Origin: Candidatus Poribacteria bacterium
Lineage (GTDB): Bacteria > Poribacteria > WGA-4E > WGA-3G
DNA: 64,000 bases
Assembly (NCBI GenBank): GCA_964291315.2
Contig: OZ219753.1
Coordinates: forward strand, 1,152,001 to 1,216,000
Reading direction: 5' to 3'
The notes beneath the pieces are model-generated. The model saw only the letters and a program-made list of their open reading frames with translations. It was not told the DNA's origin and did not search any database. The position numbers were made by a program, and so were the translations under genes. Shown here one piece after another: positions 57,848 to 64,000 of this stretch (positions are counted from its first letter, which is position 1; each line of letters starts with the position of its first letter).

Positions 57848-59236
57848 TTGTTACAACAGTGGAAACCTGATCCGACTTTTTATCCATCGCCGAAGATGGC
57901 GATCGGAGCCCCTATTGAAGAGCTCGCTTACGTTGCCGCTCCTCGCGATGACGGCAAACCGGATGCTATGTGTGTTGTTGACCTCAATGAAACATCTGAT
58001 ACCTATGGGCAAATTGTCAATAGATTGGAGCTCGGCGTTCGCGACGAGATCCACCACTTTGGGTGGAATGCTTGTAGTGCTGCGCTCTGTCCTTATGCAC
58101 CGCACCCTTACGTAGAACGCCGCTATCTCGTTGTACCAGCGCTACGGGGGTCTCATATTTACATTCTTGATGTGAAACCCGACCCGAAGGCACCACAACT
58201 TGTTAAGACTTTGACAGCTGATGAAGTTGAAGATCGATCCGGGTATACGCGTCCACATACGGTACATTGTGGGCCCGAGGGTATCTACGTCAGTGCACTC
58301 GCCTCAGCTGGTTCTGAAGAGGGACCTGGTGGTATATTCCTCATGGACCACTACAACTTCAATATCCTCGGGCAGTGGGAAGTTGAGCGTGGTTCTCAAT
58401 CCCTCTCTTACGATTTCTGGTGGCACTTGGGCTACGACATCGCCGTTACCAGTGAATGGGGATATCCTGCAATGATTGAAAATGGGGTCAGCCTTGAAGA
58501 TCTAGGGGCGCGCAAATTTGGACATAAAATTCACATCTGGGACATCCGACACCGTAAAAACATCCAAACCTTAGATTTGGGGGACGACTACCAGATGATC
58601 TTAGAACTGCGTCCCGCGCACGACCCAACCAAAGCTTATGGTTTTGTCAATGCCGTGCTGAATATGAACGACCTCTCTAGTTCTATTTGGACATGGTACA
58701 AAGATGGCGACAATTGGGGCATTCAAAAGATTATTGATATTCCCGCACGAGCCCCTGAAAATCCGGAGGATTTACCGCCTGCCTTGAAGGATATTGGTAT
58801 GATACCGCCCCTGGTTACCGACCATATCCTCTCTTTGGACGACCGATTCCTTTATGTCTCCTGTTGGGGAACCGGTGAACTGTTACAATACGACGTATCT
58901 GATCCTTTCAATCCCAAGCATACCGGTACGCTCAAAATAGGCGGTATTACAACATCCTATCCACATCCGGCAGCTGGTCCCGTCAGCGGGGGCCCGCAGA
59001 TGGTTGAACTGAGCAGAGATGGAAAACGTCTCTATTTCACGAATTCGCTCTACGTCGCCTGGGATAACCAATTCTACCCCGATGGCGCGAACGGATGGAT
59101 GGTAAAAGCGGATATACATCCGGACGGCGGGCTCGAATTGGACCCCAACTTTTTCGTCGGTTTTGGAGACGGGCGTGCCCATCAGATTCGCTTACAAGGT
59201 GGCGATAGCTCATCGGACACTTTCTGTTATTCGTAA
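57848..59236 (+). CDS. Selenium-binding protein SBP56 family (methanethiol oxidase-like)
   Basis: DPTFYPSP, E.HHFGWNACS, PHTVHC, YDFWW, SEWG, GGPQMVELS.DG.R.Y.TNSLY..WD.QFYP, GGDSSSD. Confidence 0.93.
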   Translation: MLQQWKPDPTFYPSPKMAIGAPIEELAYVAAPRDDGKPDAMCVVDLNETSDTYGQIVNRLELGVRDEIHHFGWNACSAALCPYAPHPYVERRYLVVPALRGSHIYILDVKPDPKAPQLVKTLTADEVEDRSGYTRPHTVHCGPEGIYVSALASAGSEEGPGGIFLMDHYNFNILGQWEVERGSQSLSYDFWWHLGYDIAVTSEWGYPAMIENGVSLEDLGARKFGHKIHIWDIRHRKNIQTLDLGDDYQMILELRPAHDPTKAYGFVNAVLNMNDLSSSIWTWYKDGDNWGIQKIIDIPARAPENPEDLPPALKDIGMIPPLVTDHILSLDDRFLYVSCWGTGELLQYDVSDPFNPKHTGTLKIGGITTSYPHPAAGPVSGGPQMVELSRDGKRLYFTNSLYVAWDNQFYPDGANGWMVKADIHPDGGLELDPNFFVGFGDGRAHQIRLQGGDSSSDTFCYS

Positions 59237-59387
59237 GAATTAATAACAGCTTAATAGACTAGGCATACAGCCGGGGTGTTTTTAACCTCGTGCTCTAAAG
59301 GGTGTTTGCCCTTACAATACCTGTTTGAAAAGAGGGTGCGCGAATTCTCTTGCCGCACCCTCATATTATAGATGGAAATATATTTTT

Positions 59388-60029
59388 ATGGATACTGTCT
59401 CATGGTTAAGCTACACACTTCTTGGCGTATTTCACGGCATTAACCCGGGTATGGGATGGCTTTTCGCGGTGGCCCTAGGCATGCAAGAAAAACGGAGAAC
59501 TGCGGTTATCGCTGCTCTGTTTCCAATGGCACTCGGACATGCGATCTCCATCGGAGTCGTCGTTCTACTGATAGCATTAGCACAACAGCAGATCCCGGAG
59601 GCTGTACTTCGCATCGCTTGCGCAGTTGTCCTGTTCGGCTTTGGCGTATACAAATTATTTCGAGCACGGCATCCGAAATGGGTGGGAATGCGTGTTAACT
59701 TCAAGGACTTAACCATCTGGTCTTTCCTAATGGCTTCCGCCCATGGTGCAGGTTTGATGCTTGCCCCACTTTTGTTACGGATGCCTACAGCGGGACATTC
59801 TGGACACATGCACCATGGACCATCGAGTATGACAGATAGTGCTGCGATGTTGTTGTCCGCCGTTGGCGTACATACACTCAGTTTTTTCTTGGTCACCGGG
59901 ATTGTCGCAATCGTTGTTTACGAGGTTGTAGGACTTGCCTTACTTCGCAAGGCGTGGTTTAATTTAGACATGTTGTGGTCCATTGCTTTGATGATTGCCG
60001 GTATTGTCACCCTCTTCTGGAGCCATTAG
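59388..60029 (+). CDS. Membrane protein adjacent to SBP56 (His-containing TM motifs)
   Basis: LGVFHGINPGMGWLFAVA, GH, SAHGAG, His-rich loop. Confidence 0.8.
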   Translation: MDTVSWLSYTLLGVFHGINPGMGWLFAVALGMQEKRRTAVIAALFPMALGHAISIGVVVLLIALAQQQIPEAVLRIACAVVLFGFGVYKLFRARHPKWVGMRVNFKDLTIWSFLMASAHGAGLMLAPLLLRMPTAGHSGHMHHGPSSMTDSAAMLLSAVGVHTLSFFLVTGIVAIVVYEVVGLALLRKAWFNLDMLWSIALMIAGIVTLFWSH

Positions 60030-60292
60030 GAAAGATTCGGTCTCCTTTTGAAATTTTGAGCGCTGTAGTTGCTTGTAGGAGGAATTTCCAACCCCCCCTC
60101 TCTTCTTGTAGGTTTGTTTCCATCTTTGTGCCTCTACTGCGAAAAACTTGCCTTTTTTTCTCGCTTATGCTATAATTATTTTCCAGCAATACGAAAAATC
60201 TCAATCTGCCTTCGTACTCTCGACTTACACTTACAAAGAAACGTCCTTAAATTTGAAATGCTCAAGCCGCACCCAAAAAAGGAGAACCTAGC

Positions 60293-61381
60293 TTGATAAA
60301 TCTATATGGTGCAACGTATGATAGAACACAGCTGCTTCGCCATGTCGGAGATGTGTCACAAATTGCCCACGCCAAGATGTATCAATTGACAGATGGCAAT
60401 GAAAAGGGCGTCGATGCAATTGATTTCCGAACCGGCAGCGGTCTCAACTTCACTGTACTACCGAGCCGAGGGTTAGACATATCTTACGCCGAATATCAAG
60501 GGGTACCACTCTGTTGGCGCTCTAGCACCGGCGATGTCAATCCCGCACATTACGAACCGATGGAACTCGGTTGGCTGCGGAATTTTTATGGCGGTTTACT
60601 GACAACCTGCGGAATGCAGCAAGTCGGTGTACCTTGTAAAGATGACGGTGAAGCGTTAGGACTTCACGGTAGAGTTTCCAATATTCCAGCGAAAAACGTC
60701 TGGGTCGACAGCCGTTGGGAAGGGCACCGTTATATGTTGTGGGCGCAAGGCAAGGTTAAAGAGACCACAGCTTTAGGCGAACACCTCGCTCGCACTCGCA
60801 GAATTTGGACGGAGCTAGGATCTCGTACATTACATATCGAAGATATTGTTGAAAACCTCGGATACCAAGATTCACCCCACATGTACCTCTTCCATATTAA
60901 CGTTGGATTTCCGATCCTCACCGAGCACAGCGAGCTACTCGCCCCCTCTTCACAGATCACACCTCGAGATGAAACCGCTGCCGCTGACTTGAATAACTAC
61001 ACCCTCTGCCAACCGCCGACCATTGATTTCCAAGAACAAGCATTCTATCACGAAATGGAACCTGATGTTGATAACCACATTCGTGTTGCTCTCGTGAATC
61101 GCAATTTTAACAACGGTCAAGGCATCGGTATATCTGTCCGCTACCATAAAACACAGTTCCCTAACTTCGTTCAATGGAAGATGTGTGGCGAAGGCACCTA
61201 TGTTGTCGGCCTAGAACCATCCAACTGTGGCGTGGAAGGCAGGGCAAAAGAACGTCAACGCGGTACCCTACAGCATATTGAACCTGGCGGCAGACGGCAC
61301 TATGAGGTCGAAATCGGGGTCTTAACCTCCAATGAAGAAATTGATGAGCTCCAAGAAAGAATCACAAAAACCCAAAATTAA
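60293..61381 (+). CDS. Aldose 1-epimerase-like (DUF4432) protein
   Basis: RGLDI, F.GGLLTTCG, LHGR.SN.PA, H.N.GFP, YVVGLEP. Confidence 0.88.
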   Translation: MINLYGATYDRTQLLRHVGDVSQIAHAKMYQLTDGNEKGVDAIDFRTGSGLNFTVLPSRGLDISYAEYQGVPLCWRSSTGDVNPAHYEPMELGWLRNFYGGLLTTCGMQQVGVPCKDDGEALGLHGRVSNIPAKNVWVDSRWEGHRYMLWAQGKVKETTALGEHLARTRRIWTELGSRTLHIEDIVENLGYQDSPHMYLFHINVGFPILTEHSELLAPSSQITPRDETAAADLNNYTLCQPPTIDFQEQAFYHEMEPDVDNHIRVALVNRNFNNGQGIGISVRYHKTQFPNFVQWKMCGEGTYVVGLEPSNCGVEGRAKERQRGTLQHIEPGGRRHYEVEIGVLTSNEEIDELQERITKTQN

Positions 61382-61443
61382 CGCTACACATTTCAATGGA
61401 CCCGCAATTAACGCAATTTAAATTAATTAAAAGGGAGCAACCC

Positions 61444-63417
61444 ATGAAAAAATATTTGCCTTTACACGGTATCGCGTTACTACTACTAACGGTGTTTGTA
61501 TTCATCGGTTGTAGCGCTAAACAGACAGCGCCTCCGGAAACCGCGGAAATACCTTTAACTCAGAAAACAGAAGAGACAGGCAAATCGTCCTCTCCTGAGG
61601 CAGCCCTGACAGATAAACCACATTCATCTGAACAAGAAACACTCGCTGAAACTAAAGCCGAAGACACACTAAAGGTAGAGGTTCCGAGTGGCAGTGTCCT
61701 GCATCTGATTCCAGCGCATGTATTAGGAGTCATCTACTGCCCCAGTCTCGCTGAATTGGATGACCGAATTAATACCCTGGCAGCAGATCTACTACCGATA
61801 GCTGAGCCACCTGAGGTCCTCGCTGGAATTTTAGCAGATGCTTTCGGCGCAGGATTTGAGAGCCTTGCCGAATTAGAGGAAATCGGGTTGGATATGAATC
61901 AAGACTTTGCAATCTTCATGACCGCTTTGAGCCCGCCCGATCTTTCTGCAACAGTACATCTCACTGCACCCGATGCCATGAAACAGGTGATTGCAGACGA
62001 AAGCGAAGGAACAGCACCTGTTGAATATAAGGGTGTAACCTATTGGAACGCAGCTGGCGGCGGCGGGAGTTTCGCTATTCTAGAGGACGTTCTCGTTTTT
62101 GCTCGAGCCCCTGAAATCTGTGAAAGCGTCATTGATACGTATCATAAAACAAAACCCGCTATCATAACCAAGCCAAACTATGACTCGTTCCTTGCTGACG
62201 TTTCTGAAGGAACAGCACAGCTGGCCCTCCATTTTGATCTTGAGTCGGTCACCCCTGACATCACTGAATCAATTAACAAAGAATTAGAAGCGGCCAGAGA
62301 CAATCTTGAGAGCGATCCCTCTGCAATGCAAGCTGTACCTTTCCTTAACTCTGTATCCAAGAATGTTAGAGATATCCTGAATCAACTAAGATCTCTAAGT
62401 GTCACGCTTGAACTGAAGGGAACCGATGTACAACTTGCACAATTCCTGACATTCAAAACGGGCAGCAAGATTCAGAACTTGTTAAGAGAGATAGGTTCCG
62501 ATCAATTAGCACTTCTCAACAAGCTTCCAAAGCAAGCATTTATAAACGGTGGCTTTCAAGGCGAACCAGAATTCCTGATTGAAATGAATGTCTTCGGGCT
62601 AAGAATGTTTGGGGCAGATACCCCAGAACAGTCGGCTCTACTCAAAACAATTATTGAACAAACGGAAATATTTTACGGTTCTCTTGCCGGCGAAGCGGCA
62701 TTCAGCGTTGATTATAACAACGGTGTTCTTCCTGATTCTATGGTTATCTATAGATTGAAGGATGAACAGCAGGTGAGAACCTATATGGCTGAGACCTTCC
62801 TTGAACAGATCCAAAATACAATGCAACTCATGCAAGCCAAGCTTGGTGATATGTCGCAATTGAATATGTATGATGGGGCCCACTTGGCCGCGCCCATTAT
62901 GCATAACGGTGTCGAGATTCAAACGTTTGTTTTTCCTAATATCGGCTCTGTTTTTGAAGACATGCCGTCAACTGCTTCTAGTATAATGCCGCAGGCATGG
63001 AAGTGGTCCTATGCCTTTCATGAGAACCAACTTTTGCTCGCTATGGGCGGCCCCGAAATCATTAAGGCAGCTTTGGACCGACAGACTGAGACCGGTGAGA
63101 CGCTTGCTGAGGATCAGAGCTATCAGAAACTTTCTGAAATGTTAGGAACTGACAATAACCTGCTTTTAGCTATTTCCCCAATAACTGCTGCTAATAGCAT
63201 TTTACCTATTATTGCACAAGTAGATCCGGATTCTGCCGCGCCGATGCAGATGTTTTCTGGAGCGCTGCTGAATATGCCAGAGACTTATAGTCTCGGGTTT
63301 TCCGCTAAAGCCGAAGAAAACGGCATTCGCACCAAAATCCTGCTCGTTTTAGGCGATTTTAAGCAACTCGTCCAAATGATCGCAATGATAATGCAGGGTG
63401 CAGGACAGATGCAATAA
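61444..63417 (+). CDS. Hypothetical lipoprotein
   Basis: MKK...FIGC lipobox; GGGAG RBS; acidic protein of about 650 aa. Confidence 0.7.
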   Translation: MKKYLPLHGIALLLLTVFVFIGCSAKQTAPPETAEIPLTQKTEETGKSSSPEAALTDKPHSSEQETLAETKAEDTLKVEVPSGSVLHLIPAHVLGVIYCPSLAELDDRINTLAADLLPIAEPPEVLAGILADAFGAGFESLAELEEIGLDMNQDFAIFMTALSPPDLSATVHLTAPDAMKQVIADESEGTAPVEYKGVTYWNAAGGGGSFAILEDVLVFARAPEICESVIDTYHKTKPAIITKPNYDSFLADVSEGTAQLALHFDLESVTPDITESINKELEAARDNLESDPSAMQAVPFLNSVSKNVRDILNQLRSLSVTLELKGTDVQLAQFLTFKTGSKIQNLLREIGSDQLALLNKLPKQAFINGGFQGEPEFLIEMNVFGLRMFGADTPEQSALLKTIIEQTEIFYGSLAGEAAFSVDYNNGVLPDSMVIYRLKDEQQVRTYMAETFLEQIQNTMQLMQAKLGDMSQLNMYDGAHLAAPIMHNGVEIQTFVFPNIGSVFEDMPSTASSIMPQAWKWSYAFHENQLLLAMGGPEIIKAALDRQTETGETLAEDQSYQKLSEMLGTDNNLLLAISPITAANSILPIIAQVDPDSAAPMQMFSGALLNMPETYSLGFSAKAEENGIRTKILLVLGDFKQLVQMIAMIMQGAGQMQ

Positions 63418-63613
63418 ATCCACTTTCTGTTTTGTTATAGGCACGGTTTCTCGCTTGTGATTTTATTTACTTGACGCGCCTGATTAACCGCTACGACATC
63501 CCCGACACAGAGGTACACGCTTTTGTAGCGGAAGATTTGATAGATGAAATAGTCTTGTAAAGTTTAGATTTCGTTTTGATTTACTCCTTGAATCATGCTA
63601 TCATTACCATATT

Positions 63614-64000
63614 ATGAACACAGCAGAACTTGAGTTTGAGAAACCGCTCATCGAATTAGAACGGCATCTTGCACAGTTAGAAACTTTCGCGCAAGCACAT
63701 CCTGAATTGGATATCGCGGAAGGGATGAACGCCCTAAAACAGAACGCGGATACACTTACAAAGCAGACTTTTCAAAAGCTAAGTCGCTGGGATAAAGTGA
63801 GATTGGCACGCCATGCACAACGTCCCCAAGCCCCTTTTTATATTAATGCTCTTCTTGATGAATTTACTGAGCTTCATGGGGATAAGTTATACGGCGACGA
63901 TCGCGCCCTGATCGGGGGACTGGCGTGGTTCGATGGGCAACCGCTTGTCTGTCTTGCACAGCAAAAAGGGACGAATCTTGAGGAACGGCAAGAAATGAAT
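63614..64000 (+). CDS. accA: Acetyl-CoA carboxylase carboxyltransferase alpha subunit (partial, runs off the window)
   Basis: LEFEKPLIEL, LSRWDKVRLARHAQRP, FTELHGD...GDD.ALIGG, QKG. Confidence 0.92.
   Translation, partial: MNTAELEFEKPLIELERHLAQLETFAQAHPELDIAEGMNALKQNADTLTKQTFQKLSRWDKVRLARHAQRPQAPFYINALLDEFTELHGDKLYGDDRALIGGLAWFDGQPLVCLAQQKGTNLEERQEMN

Overview
Bacterial chromosomal window. It is inferred to come from Candidatus Poribacteria, based on lamin-tail-domain proteins ending in GKLTTRWGELK, dockerin and FlgD/T9SS-like C-termini, and several PhyH dioxygenases. Housekeeping and metabolic genes include trxA, a Tat-exported xanthine-dehydrogenase-family operon, phoH-ybeY-hlyC/corC, tRNA-Pro(CGG), recO, a fused glyQS, murQ, an SBP56 homolog and a partial accA. 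Accessory content: (i) three ~920-960 aa mosaic secreted lamin-tail proteins in two duplicated cassettes (about 5.6-12.1 kb and 50.6-54.2 kb); (ii) three paralogous secreted proteins with different C-terminal anchor modules; (iii) a defence island between recO and glyQS, containing a DUF1828-type pair, an McrA-like HNH, and a nuclease-methyltransferase fusion plus specificity subunit with a HEPN-motif gene between them; (iv) orphan restriction-modification parts. Most notable: both lamin-tail cassettes have a conserved ~650-nt leader carrying an upstream ORF that crosses a poly-C tract. It is in frame with C10 (copy 1, 169 aa). It is frameshifted to a nearby stop with C9 (copy 2), where one extra C restores a 165-aa ORF. 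This suggests a phase-variable leader-ORF switch controlling a recombining surface-protein family. A candidate structured RNA also lies upstream of murQ. All calls were made by eye, with no database searches.
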